From Chloroflexota bacterium (GTDB lineage Bacteria; Chloroflexota; UBA6077; FW602-bin22; JACPRP01): a DNA stretch of 64,000 nt. The notes under the pieces are model-generated. The model was given only the letters and a program-made list of their open reading frames with translations. It had not been told where the DNA came from and did not search any database. Positions 1 through 8,548 of this stretch are shown here, piece by piece. The stretch covers positions 5,086 to 69,085 of the forward strand of contig JAMCWX010000018.1 of assembly GCA_023480885.1 (NCBI GenBank). Direction: 5' to 3'. Position 1 is the first letter of the stretch; every line of letters begins with the position of its first letter. The position numbers were made by a program, and so were the translations under genes.

Positions 1-72
1 AACTTCCCCCAATTGTTCTTAAGACCTTTTCAAGGTCACAACTTTGAAAAGGCCCTGTCTCGTCCATACAGT

Positions 73-471
73 CTAAAGTTTCACTCGGGGCAATGGGAAG
101 AGTGAGACCTCGTCCATTGGATAGTCGTCCACATTGCCGGTGACAATGGTTGCCTGGTGGGCATGGGCCGTGGCGGCAACTAATACGTCGGTGGTGGAGA
201 GGGTGATGCCGCGTCTGGCATTTTTGTAACGCCACTCTCCCGCTTGCTGGGCATCCTCGGGCCCGGTAGACAAGAAAGAGCAAGACATTAGTAGCTTGCG
301 TGCTACGACTCGGTGCTGGGGCCTGAGCCCAGCGTAGACTTCGGCAATAACCACATCGGACACGCAGAGGTACTCGCCTCGATTATGAAGAGACTGAATC
401 AACGACACGGAAGCTGGTATCCCGGCGAGGTAATCGATAACTGCATCGGTATCTAGCAAATAGTATCCCAT
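73..471 (-). CDS. vapC: PIN-domain VapC-type toxin
   Basis: N-terminal LLDTD, AEVYAG, and DVLVAATA...IVTGNVDDY PIN motifs; start overlaps the antitoxin stop at 471. Confidence 0.9.
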   Translation of the reverse strand: MGYYLLDTDAVIDYLAGIPASVSLIQSLHNRGEYLCVSDVVIAEVYAGLRPQHRVVARKLLMSCSFLSTGPEDAQQAGEWRYKNARRGITLSTTDVLVAATAHAHQATIVTGNVDDYPMDEVSLFPLPRVKL

Positions 472-755
472 TATCTTGACCGGGGTCCCGCCTTTCGCGC
501 GAGTCGGACATCGTCCTCCCTGCGCAAGGATCGCACCCAGGCGGATACCCTCTCAGGGGTTTTCCACTCAGGGTAAGACTCCAGGTCAATTGCGCCAGCC
601 GACTCTCGTAAAGCGGCGGATAAAGCCTCGCGTGATAGCTTCTCTCGAATCGCAGATTCCACAAAATGGCTGCGCTTGCGCTTTCCCGCCACGCGGTCCA
701 CCTCGGCGAGCAAGTCCTCTGGCAGGATTATGTGTGCACGCGTTGGCGCGGTCAT
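471..755 (-). CDS. Ribbon-helix-helix antitoxin (VapB-like)
   Basis: RAHIILPEDLLAEVDRVAGKRKRSHFVESAIREKL is RHH-like; coupled upstream of the PIN toxin. Confidence 0.8.
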   Translation of the reverse strand: MTAPTRAHIILPEDLLAEVDRVAGKRKRSHFVESAIREKLSREALSAALRESAGAIDLESYPEWKTPERVSAWVRSLRREDDVRLARKAGPRSR

Positions 756-797
756 ATGTTCGTACTCCTTCGTTAAAGCCCACTATAAAGCACATAT

Positions 798-826
798 ATG
801 GTACCACGAGAACGTTCGGCTGTCAA
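798..826 (-). promoter_or_regulatory. Sigma70-type promoter of the TA operon
   Basis: Minus strand TTGACA-17 nt-TACCAT, followed by an ATATGTG tract. Confidence 0.6.
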
Positions 827-854
827 TGGTGATGCCTGGTTGAATGCTAGATCG

Positions 855-1577
855 TTACGGGTTCCCGCCTCGCTCTAGCTGCTCGGCGAACTGGTCGGGG
901 AGGTCGCTGTGGCGGATGGCGTGGGCTGCCCTGGCTACGTCGTATTCTACGCGTTGAAAGGTCGCTTCGAGTTTCCCATTGGTTGCCTGGATCAGGGCAT
1001 AGCAGGAACGGGGATCGCCGTCTTTGGGCTTGCCGGCAGAACCGACGTTGACGAAGAGGACGCCTTCGACCTCTTTGGTGTAGGGTCGGTGAGTGTGGCC
1101 GAAGGCTAACACGTCGGCGTGGATGGCTTCAGCCAGCCGCTTGAAGCTAGACTGGGGGCGATCTTCGAAAAGGTACTGGTTGATGCGGCGGGGGCTGCCG
1201 TGCACCAGGAGGAAGCGCCGGCCGCCAGCTTCGAACCGTATCTCCCTGGAAAGGCTTCGCAGGAAGGCTTTGTTCTCGGCGGTGACGTGCGATTTGGTCC
1301 ATTCGAACGAGAGATCACCCAGCCGCTTTTCCTCGGGAAGCCGATAGGCGCAGCCGCAGTCGTCGCGGTCGAAGCCCACGCCTTCATCGTAATTACCCAT
1401 TACCGTGGGGACGCCCTTTCGGCGGACGAGGTCGATCACCTCGTTGGGGTACGGGGCGTAGCCGACGAGGTCGCCGAGGCAGTAGACATGGTCGACGCGG
1501 CGGGTTTCGATGTCGTTCAGGACGGATTCGAGAGCGGGCAGGTTGCCGTGGATGTCGCTGAAGATGGCTATTTGCAT
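855..1577 (-). CDS. Calcineurin-like metallophosphoesterase (ars-operon associated, YfcE-like)
   Basis: SDIHGN, LGDLVGY, GNYD, HGSP and GHTH motifs; extra DDCGCAY motif. Confidence 0.85.
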   Translation of the reverse strand: MQIAIFSDIHGNLPALESVLNDIETRRVDHVYCLGDLVGYAPYPNEVIDLVRRKGVPTVMGNYDEGVGFDRDDCGCAYRLPEEKRLGDLSFEWTKSHVTAENKAFLRSLSREIRFEAGGRRFLLVHGSPRRINQYLFEDRPQSSFKRLAEAIHADVLAFGHTHRPYTKEVEGVLFVNVGSAGKPKDGDPRSCYALIQATNGKLEATFQRVEYDVARAAHAIRHSDLPDQFAEQLERGGNP

Positions 1578-1688
1578 TTTGTTTCCTCGGTTCTAGAGCG
1601 GTTCGGTCACCGCTGCGCAAGTTTGATGGGCCCTCACCCCGGCCCTCTGGAAGCTATTCATCACTCACAAATCCCTGAGGCCCTTTCC

Positions 1689-1758
1689 AACCACGGAGGC
1701 ACAGAGGCACGGAGGGATGCGAATACATTAGCTCCGTTTCTCCGTGCCTCCGTGGTGA
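1689..1758. repeat. Palindromic 9-nt-period repeat element (family C)
   Basis: aaccacggaggcacagaggcacggag ... ctccgtttctccgtgcctccgtggtga inverted arms; overlaps the 3' end of acr3. Confidence 0.8.
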
Positions 1759-2897
1759 CGCTCCCGCGCAGATATGGGTAACGCATAGCTCCCAGAGGTA
1801 GATGAGACACTGGGGGGCTCAGCGAACAGGATTTGTTTGAGCCAGAGCGAGACGTAGACTAACCCTATCAGCACCGGCACTTCGATGAGCGGGCCGACTA
1901 CGGCGGCGAGCGCCTGGCCGGAGGCGATGCCGAAGACGCCGACGGCCACGGCGATGGCCAGCTCGAAGTTGTTAGACGCGGCCGTGAACGACAGGGTTAC
2001 GGTTTCCCTGTACTTGAAGCCTAACTTCCAGGATGCGAAGTAGGAAACGGCGAACATCACGCCGAAGTAGCCCAGCAGCGGGATGGCGATGCGCACGACG
2101 TCCAGGGGCAGGCGCAGGATTACCTCGCCTTTGAGCGAGAACATGACCACTATGGTGAAGAGCAGGGCAAATAGCGCCGTTGGGGCAAGCCGTGGCATGA
2201 AACTGCCTTCGTACCAGTCACGACCCCGCGACTTGATGCCCACGTAGCGGGTAACCATGCCAGCGATCAACGGAATGCCCAGAAAGACTAACACGGAGAG
2301 CGCGACGTCCCAAAACTCGATGCGGATGGCCTGGGCCGCGCCGAGTCCAAGCCACTGGGGCAGCAAGGTGACGTAGAAGTAGGCGAGCACAGAGAAGAAC
2401 AGCACCTGGAAGACCGAGTTGAGGGCGACGAGCACAGCGCAATACTCGCCGTCGCCGCCGGCCAGCATGTTCCAGATGAGCACCATGGCGATGCAGCGAG
2501 CCAGGCCCACGATGATTAGACCAGTGCGATATTCTGGCATATCAGGCAGCAGGAGCCAGGCGAGGACGAACATGATGAGCGGGCCGACGATCCAGTTCTG
2601 GACGAGCGACACGGCGAACATCTTCCCTGCCTGTCTTACCTTGCCCAGCTCTTCGTACTTCACTCTGGCGAGCACGGGGTACATCATCCAGAGCAGCCCG
2701 AGGGCAATCGGCAGCGAGACGCTGCTGATCCGAGCAGCGTCCAGGATCGTCGCTATATTCGGGTAGACGTACCCCAGGCCAAGCCCGAACGCCATAGCGA
2801 TGAATATCCAGAGAGGAAGAAACCGGTCGAGCGTTGATAATCGGCCGATAACATTGCCGGATGGCACTTCGGCCACCTCCGAGTTAGACACGCACAT
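1728..2897 (-). CDS. acr3: ACR3-family arsenite efflux transporter
   Basis: [36 protein letters not shown] and GPLIEVP signature motifs. Confidence 0.95.
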   Translation of the reverse strand: MCVSNSEVAEVPSGNVIGRLSTLDRFLPLWIFIAMAFGLGLGYVYPNIATILDAARISSVSLPIALGLLWMMYPVLARVKYEELGKVRQAGKMFAVSLVQNWIVGPLIMFVLAWLLLPDMPEYRTGLIIVGLARCIAMVLIWNMLAGGDGEYCAVLVALNSVFQVLFFSVLAYFYVTLLPQWLGLGAAQAIRIEFWDVALSVLVFLGIPLIAGMVTRYVGIKSRGRDWYEGSFMPRLAPTALFALLFTIVVMFSLKGEVILRLPLDVVRIAIPLLGYFGVMFAVSYFASWKLGFKYRETVTLSFTAASNNFELAIAVAVGVFGIASGQALAAVVGPLIEVPVLIGLVYVSLWLKQILFAEPPSVSSTSGSYALPISARERHHGGTEKRS

Positions 2898-2900
2898 TCG

Positions 2901-3308
2901 CTACACCTCTTCTTTATTCGGAACACCACGATCTTCCGAATCGCAACAAGCGGCTAGAGTCGCATCTGCCCTAGTGGTATCCAGGATATCACGTAAGGTC
3001 GTCTGGAACGCCGCTACGCCAACAGGATCGAGTTTGTAGTAAACCCAACGCGCGTCGTGAAGATCACGCCTGTCCTGAACCAACCCCGCCCGCTTCAAGA
3101 GTCCCATATGGTAGGATACTGTGCCTTGACTGAGGCCAAGCGTCTCGGTCAGGTGGCAAACGCACTGCTCGCGCTCCCGCAGCATCAGGATAATCCGCAG
3201 ACGCACAGGGTCCGCCAAAGCCGTCAAGGCCGCCCAAACAGGAGCGTCGACCGGCAGATCCGCCTCCCGCAGGTCCTGCGCCACACGTCCGGCCAAATTG
3301 CCCTCCAA
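2901..3308 (-). CDS. arsR: ArsR/SmtB-family repressor (ArsR-1)
   Basis: LADPVRLRI, QCVCHL, SQGTVSYH, C-terminal CC; start may instead be TTG at 3296. Confidence 0.9.
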   Translation of the reverse strand: MEGNLAGRVAQDLREADLPVDAPVWAALTALADPVRLRIILMLREREQCVCHLTETLGLSQGTVSYHMGLLKRAGLVQDRRDLHDARWVYYKLDPVGVAAFQTTLRDILDTTRADATLAACCDSEDRGVPNKEEV

Positions 3309-3358
3309 CTATAAATTGATTGCTATCAATTTATAGTCTATTTCCGTGGTGATGTCAA
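3308..3358 (-). promoter_or_regulatory. arsR-acr3 promoter with 13-4-13 palindromic operator
   Basis: Perfect IR actataaattgat-tgct-atcaatttatagt (3308-3337) overlapping minus-strand TTGACA-17-TATAAA. Confidence 0.85.
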
Positions 3359-3447
3359 GCCTTCAAGTGACTTGTTTGCGCTGTCTGACACAGAGTTTTT
3401 CATCACTCAACGTTGCCCCACCTTGATTGCTATCCAGATTGATTGTC

Positions 3448-4671
3448 TCACGCCTGCTCCTCGGCCTTTCGCTTCGAGTGAGGCGCCAATTCGGGACTCG
3501 GCTGCGCCAGCGTGTCCGAGACGGCGACAAAGGCCGCTAACGCCAGGCCGAGAAGCAGCGCCGACCACAGACCGTAGAAGCTTTCGAACGAGTTCGCCTC
3601 CACCAGTCGGCCACCGATGCCTGTGCCGATGGCTCCCCCACCCATCATACAGAAGGCCACCAACGACATTGCCGTTCCTCGCGCCTTGGCCGCGAACTCG
3701 GTGGCCAGCGTCAGGAGCGTGGAATGCGCGAACATAAATCCTGTGCCGAGCAGCGCGATGGCCAGGACAACGGCGACGAAAGTTCCACCTAACACGAATA
3801 TCACCCCATCGCCGAGCGCCGCCAGGAGCAGGCCGATGACCAGTGTCTGTCGCCGTCCGATGCGTCCAGCAATTCCCCCACTCTTACGACCGGCGATGAT
3901 GGCGGCCAAACCGAACGCGGTCATCGTCGCTCCGATGGCCAGGTTGTCCAATCCAAATCGATGGCTGAGATAGGCACCCAGGTAGGAGAAGCTTCCCATA
4001 ATGAGTATGCCCTCCACCAGCACGACCAGGTAAGTACGAAGACTGCGCCCTTGCGTTAACAGATTACGGTACGGGGCTATGATCTCGCTGCGAGGATTGC
4101 CCGATACCGCGAGACCTCGACTGCGAACGATCAATAGAGCCGTAACAATCGCCGAAAGAGAGGCGTAGGCCAGGAAGACCCCACGCCAGCTCAGGAGGAA
4201 GGCGATGGCCCCGCCGATGCCCATCGAGAGACCCTGTCCCAGGAACGAGATGCCCATAAAGGAGCCAATCGCCCCCTGGCGTTCTTCCATCCTCACCGTG
4301 TCGCCTATGAGGGCCAGGGACACAGGCATGGTGGCGGCGGCGAAGGCCCCGGTGAGAGCCCGGTAGATGGTTAGATCGGTCAGCCCCGCGCCAAGGGCAG
4401 TGATGGCGGCCGCGATGGTGAACCCGATGAGAGTGAGTCGCATAACGCGGAGCTTGCCGTAGCGATCGGCGAGTGGCCCGTACAGCAACTGGAAAAGGGC
4501 GAAGGGAAGCATATAGGCGGTGATCAGCACCGCGGTACGCACTGGTGAAGCCCCAACGTCGCGGGCGATAGACGGCACGATAGGTGAGACCACCCAGTTG
4601 TCAGCCATCACAACAAAACCGGCGAGCCCCAGGCTGAGGATCAAGGGGGCCGCCTCCGCTCGCGTCTTCAT
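3448..4671 (-). CDS. MFS transporter (DHA1-like) within the ars cluster
   Basis: Motif A GPLADRYGKLRV; about 12 hydrophobic segments. Confidence 0.88.
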   Translation of the reverse strand: MKTRAEAAPLILSLGLAGFVVMADNWVVSPIVPSIARDVGASPVRTAVLITAYMLPFALFQLLYGPLADRYGKLRVMRLTLIGFTIAAAITALGAGLTDLTIYRALTGAFAAATMPVSLALIGDTVRMEERQGAIGSFMGISFLGQGLSMGIGGAIAFLLSWRGVFLAYASLSAIVTALLIVRSRGLAVSGNPRSEIIAPYRNLLTQGRSLRTYLVVLVEGILIMGSFSYLGAYLSHRFGLDNLAIGATMTAFGLAAIIAGRKSGGIAGRIGRRQTLVIGLLLAALGDGVIFVLGGTFVAVVLAIALLGTGFMFAHSTLLTLATEFAAKARGTAMSLVAFCMMGGGAIGTGIGGRLVEANSFESFYGLWSALLLGLALAAFVAVSDTLAQPSPELAPHSKRKAEEQA

Positions 4672-4675
4672 CGGC

Positions 4676-4924
4676 CTACCCTCTTGATAAAACAGTTACG
4701 ATCCACGAAGTGATCTCAGCCTTCGATGGAATCCGTCCCGCCGACTTCACCTCGCCGTCAATCACAAGCCCAGGTGTGGCCATGATGCCATAGCGCACGA
4801 TGTCTTTGTAGTCCGACACGTGCTGAACCTCAGCCGCAGCGTCCATTTCCGAGACGACTTCTTCGACCAGCGCCTCCAGTTTCTTGCAGTTCGCGCAACC
4901 AGAGCCAAGAACCTTGATGTTCAT
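4676..4924 (-). CDS. Small redox-active disulfide (thioredoxin-like, MTH895-type) protein
   Basis: IKVLGSGCANC...YGIMATPGLVIDG. Confidence 0.9.
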   Translation of the reverse strand: MNIKVLGSGCANCKKLEALVEEVVSEMDAAAEVQHVSDYKDIVRYGIMATPGLVIDGEVKSAGRIPSKAEITSWIVTVLSRG

Positions 4925-4959
4925 TGTGTTGTCTCCCGACTAGCATTTATTCAACAGAT

Positions 4960-6012
4960 TTACAAGACAGCGTTGAAAAGATAGCCCACGGCGATGATGC
5001 CCGTTCCCACCACGCCCAGAAAGACAGCGATTAGCTGCCATTTCAGCACGCGGCGCAGGATGATGACCTCAGGGAGGGAAAGAGCGATGACGCTCATCAT
5101 AAAGGCCAGCACCGTGCCGAGCGATGCCCCCTTTTCCATCAGCGCCTGCACCACAGGAATGATACCCGCCGCATTTGAGTACATGGGGATGCCCACCAGC
5201 ACCGCCGCTGGAACCGACCACCAGGCGCTCTTACCCATGATGCCCGCCATAAAATCTTCCGGAACGTAGCCATGGATAGCCGCACCCACGGCAATGCCGG
5301 CGATAACATAGGGCCAGACCTTGCCCACAATGTCCCGCACCGCCTGGACGGCGTAATCGATTCGATCGGTCCAGGATTGGTGCCCCTCTAACAGTTGGAC
5401 CTCGCCCATACGAACTTGATAAACCCAATCGGCCACCCAGCGTTCGAGGTGCAATCGCCCGATGATCCAACCCGCCGAGATGGCGACGCCGAGCCCGGTG
5501 GCGACGTAAAGAGCCGCAACGCGCCAACCGAACATTCCGAAGAGAAGGGCCAGCGCAACCTCGTTGACCATGGGGGCAGAGATGAGGAAAGAGAAGGTTA
5601 CCCCGAGGGGAACGCCCGATTCGACAAAGCCGAGAAAGAGAGGGACTGCCGAGCAAGAGCAGAATGGGGTGACGATGCCGAGGGTCGCGGCCAAGACGTT
5701 CCCAATCCCCTCGCGTCTCCCGCCCAGCGCCTTTCGCGCTCGCTCAGGGGTGAAGAACGAGCGCACAATACCCACGAGGAAGACGATCAGAGAAAGAAGC
5801 AAGAGTATCTTCGGCACGTCATAAAGGAAGAATCCGACCGCAGAACCGAGATGACTTGCCGGATCCAGCCCGAGCAGGCTGTACGAGACAGCTCCAGATA
5901 GAGGTTCGAGGTACTGATAAGCAGCGACCCAGAGCGCAGCGGCAATGACCAGCTTAACCCAGAGCCATGGCGCTGAAGCTGGCTGTTCTTCCACCTTCGA
6001 CATTGATCCCAT
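4960..6012 (-). CDS. ArsP/DUF318-family permease
   Basis: TPFCSCS, SAPMVNE, GIPMYSN and SLPE motifs; start placed after a GGAG SD. Confidence 0.88.
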   Translation of the reverse strand: MGSMSKVEEQPASAPWLWVKLVIAAALWVAAYQYLEPLSGAVSYSLLGLDPASHLGSAVGFFLYDVPKILLLLSLIVFLVGIVRSFFTPERARKALGGRREGIGNVLAATLGIVTPFCSCSAVPLFLGFVESGVPLGVTFSFLISAPMVNEVALALLFGMFGWRVAALYVATGLGVAISAGWIIGRLHLERWVADWVYQVRMGEVQLLEGHQSWTDRIDYAVQAVRDIVGKVWPYVIAGIAVGAAIHGYVPEDFMAGIMGKSAWWSVPAAVLVGIPMYSNAAGIIPVVQALMEKGASLGTVLAFMMSVIALSLPEVIILRRVLKWQLIAVFLGVVGTGIIAVGYLFNAVL

Positions 6013-6054
6013 CCTCAATCTCCACAAATCGTAGATGTCTTCAGTGTCTCACAT

Positions 6055-6080
6055 AATATATGCATCTTATTGCATATATT
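6055..6080. promoter_or_regulatory. ArsR-2 operator, copy 2 (10-6-10 palindrome)
   Basis: aatatatgca-tcttat-tgcatatatt, arms identical to 6458-6483. Confidence 0.8.
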
Positions 6081-6093
6081 CGCGCAAAATAGA

Positions 6094-6435
6094 TTAAGCG
6101 CACTTTGGGCAGACGCAACCGCTAACAACTGGTCTCTTCTCGTCAATCAGCAATCCAGAAGCCAACAAGAGGGATCGAACGCGCTGATCGACGATGCGGT
6201 AGAAGATGCGCTGGCCGTCTCGTCGATCTACGACGAGCCCCGCCTGGCGCAATTCAGCCAACTGCTGTGAAATGTAGGGTTGCGGGCGATCGAGGAGAGC
6301 GGCGAGATGACAGACGCACTCCTCTTCGCGGCATAGCTCAATCAGGAGACGCAGCCGAACTGGGTGCGCCAGTACTTGGAAAAGCTCCAAGGCATCCTCG
6401 ATGCTACCAGGAACCCCTGCAGAAACCTCTGTCAT
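6094..6435 (-). CDS. arsR: ArsR/SmtB-family repressor (ArsR-2)
   Basis: LAHPVRLRLL, EECVCHL, C-terminal CVCPKC. Confidence 0.88.
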   Translation of the reverse strand: MTEVSAGVPGSIEDALELFQVLAHPVRLRLLIELCREEECVCHLAALLDRPQPYISQQLAELRQAGLVVDRRDGQRIFYRIVDQRVRSLLLASGLLIDEKRPVVSGCVCPKCA

Positions 6436-6457
6436 ATGCCCCTTTCCGTTTGCATCA

Positions 6458-6509
6458 AATATATGCAGTCCGTTGCATATATTGTATCTCTCTAAACGGT
6501 CGTTGTCAA
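6458..6509 (-). promoter_or_regulatory. ArsR-2 promoter and operator copy 1
   Basis: Minus strand TTGACA-17-TACAAT overlapping IR aatatatgca-gtccgt-tgcatatatt. Confidence 0.85.
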
Positions 6510-6593
6510 TACGAGTCCAATCAAATGTTTCATCAAGAAAAGGCTTGGATTATAATATCTGATAATGTTTGCTGCTTGCGAGGAGTTATCTTG

Positions 6594-7163
6594 ATGAAAA
6601 GAACAGTTGATGAACTGATAGAGCGTTTGGAGAGCCCGGAGCGACGCCAATTAATGGACCTGGAAGCTGTACTAAGTCGTCTTCCTCTGACGCAATCCCT
6701 GGCCGTTGCCGACGTGGGTTGCGGGACGGGCTATTTCGCATTACCTTTGGGGAGTAAGCTAGCCAACGGGCTTGTCTATGCTATAGATGTCTCTCCCGAG
6801 ATGTTAGCCGTCGTGGATAAGAAGATTGCCACCGAGGGCAGGCGGAATATCGACACAGTGAGGTCAGAGGATGGCAAAATACCGCTGTCTGACGAGAGCG
6901 TCGATGGCGTGTTGACGGCATTTGTGCTGCACGAAGCTGAAAACCTGCCGGCGCTGCTGAAGGAAATTGGCAGGATACTGCGGTCCGATGGGTGGTTAGC
7001 TGTGCTGGAATGGAAGAAGGAAGAGACACCTGTGGGCCCGGCATTGGATGAAAGGCTGGCGCCAGAGGATGTAGCTGGTGAACTCGCGGCGATGGGGATA
7101 TCTCTCGTCGCTGTCCATGACATCAACGAGAACTACTATCTAGCATTGTTTGCTCGAAAGTGA
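6594..7163 (+). CDS. Class I SAM-dependent methyltransferase
   Basis: VADVGCGTG, YAIDVS and RILRSDG motifs; SD AGGAG upstream. Confidence 0.88.
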   Translation: MKRTVDELIERLESPERRQLMDLEAVLSRLPLTQSLAVADVGCGTGYFALPLGSKLANGLVYAIDVSPEMLAVVDKKIATEGRRNIDTVRSEDGKIPLSDESVDGVLTAFVLHEAENLPALLKEIGRILRSDGWLAVLEWKKEETPVGPALDERLAPEDVAGELAAMGISLVAVHDINENYYLALFARK

Positions 7164-7315
7164 ATCCACAAGCACAGACCGTAGTAATGTACGCCAGCAG
7201 ATCCGTTATGCCTTGATTGTTTAGCGGTTCGCGAGAGAACTGCGGTATATGGTGACGTCCAGTACGGACCACTTCAGTCAGGGCATCTGCCGTCTGGTAT
7301 TTGACCTTGAATCCA

Positions 7316-7345
7316 TTGACATAGACTGTTCGGCAGTGCTATATT
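7316..7345 (+). promoter_or_regulatory. Promoter for the Moco riboswitch-modA transcript
   Basis: TTGACA-18-TGcTATATT. Confidence 0.6.
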
Positions 7346-7364
7346 GCGACCAATTGAATATGTT

Positions 7365-7504
7365 CATCTCCGAGCCTTCCGTCCTAAGGGCGTGCGCCTA
7401 TGGACGCTGGAGGCCGTTCGCCGAAAAGGTGGGCCGCAAAGTAACCTTGCGGTCTCGGGTAGGGAAGGAAACGACCCTGCCTCCGCGTGTTGGGAAAGGA
7501 GATG
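7365..7504 (+). ncRNA. Moco (molybdenum cofactor) RNA motif / riboswitch
   Basis: P1 catctcc/ggagatg; conserved ctccgag, cctaag..tatgg, gggtaggg-aaggaaacga-ccctgcct and gggaaaggag; upstream of modA. Confidence 0.85.
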
Positions 7505-7521
7505 TCGGCTCGAGCCTAAGG

Positions 7522-7561
7522 CCCGGCTGCTTGTGCTTTCCCACGAGCGGCCGGGTTTTTT
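7522..7561 (+). terminator. Intrinsic terminator (riboswitch expression platform)
   Basis: cccggctgcttgtg/cacgagcggccggg stem followed by T6. Confidence 0.85.
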
Positions 7562-7594
7562 GCTGGCCACGGTTTCGACAGGGGCTGGTTCCGA

Positions 7595-7678
7595 GGGCGA
7601 ACACAAGGTTCGCCCCTACGACAATTTCTGTCGTGGCTAGCCTGTTCAACGGCGGGCGAACATGAGGTTCGCCCCTTC
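7595..7678 (-). repeat. Two tandem GTAG-type REP-like palindromes (family A)
   Basis: Minus strand gtag-gggcgaac-cttgt-gttcgccc (7595-7619) and a degenerate copy at 7654-7678. Confidence 0.75.
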
Positions 7679-7740
7679 ATGTTTTCGTATCATGCTGTGC
7701 GATTCGAAGTTGGCAATTTGGTGTGGAGGTTTGGGGTTTT

Positions 7741-8544
7741 ATGCGTCTCGGCAGGATATTGTCTGCGATTATGCTGGTCTTCGTGATTTCGGTCAGCGGT
7801 TGCGCTGGGCAGCAGAAGGTCGAAAACGGCGGGGGCTCGACCGCGAACAAACAGCTTCTGGTGTCAGCGGCCATCAGCCTGAAGGATGCGTTGACTGAGA
7901 TAAAGCAGGAATTCGAGAGCGGTCATCCAGGGGTGAAAGTGAATTATAACTTCGGCGCATCGGGTACGCTGCAACTGCAAATCGAACAGGGGGCACCTGT
8001 GGACGTTTTCGCGTCGGCGGGCGCGTCGCAGATGGACAGCCTGCAAAAGAAAGGCATCGTTTTGTCCGACACTCGCCGTGATTTCGCGGGGAACACGGCC
8101 GTGCTGGTCGCCCCCAAGAGTGCAAGCTTGCCAGTGTCATCCTTCTCGGATCTGACCAAGGCTGAGGTGAAACGGATCGCCATCGGCAATCCAGCGACTG
8201 TGCCCGCTGGTGACTACGCCAAGCAGATACTGGAGAATATGGGCGTATGGGAGGGCATCAAGAGCAAGCTCGTGATGGGCGAAAACGTCAGGCAGGTCCT
8301 GACGTACGTGGAGCAGGGCAACGTCGACGCGGGAATAGTCTACAGCACCGACGCGTCGACTTCCCATGACGTCACGGTGGCTGCCACGGCGCCCGAAGGC
8401 TCGTCTAAGCCGATAGTGTACCCGATCGCGGTTGTGGGGGCCTCGAAGCAGCCTAAAGAGGCTAAGGAATTCGTGGAGTTCGTGTCGGGCCCGAAGGGGC
8501 AAGCGGCGCTGGCAAAGTATGGGTTTTTGGTGGGGAAGAAGTAG
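7741..8544 (+). CDS. modA: Molybdate ABC transporter substrate-binding lipoprotein
   Basis: Lipobox VSGC; SAAISLKDA, FGASGTL, GAPVDVFASA, VPAGDYA and GIVYSTD. Confidence 0.93.
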   Translation: MRLGRILSAIMLVFVISVSGCAGQQKVENGGGSTANKQLLVSAAISLKDALTEIKQEFESGHPGVKVNYNFGASGTLQLQIEQGAPVDVFASAGASQMDSLQKKGIVLSDTRRDFAGNTAVLVAPKSASLPVSSFSDLTKAEVKRIAIGNPATVPAGDYAKQILENMGVWEGIKSKLVMGENVRQVLTYVEQGNVDAGIVYSTDASTSHDVTVAATAPEGSSKPIVYPIAVVGASKQPKEAKEFVEFVSGPKGQAALAKYGFLVGKK

Positions 8545-8548
8545 GGCA

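Noticed and set aside
24-54. Hairpin ccttttcaagg/ctttgaaaagg downstream of vapC
   Set aside because: Could be a terminator or a repeat; single copy at the window edge, so it cannot be classified
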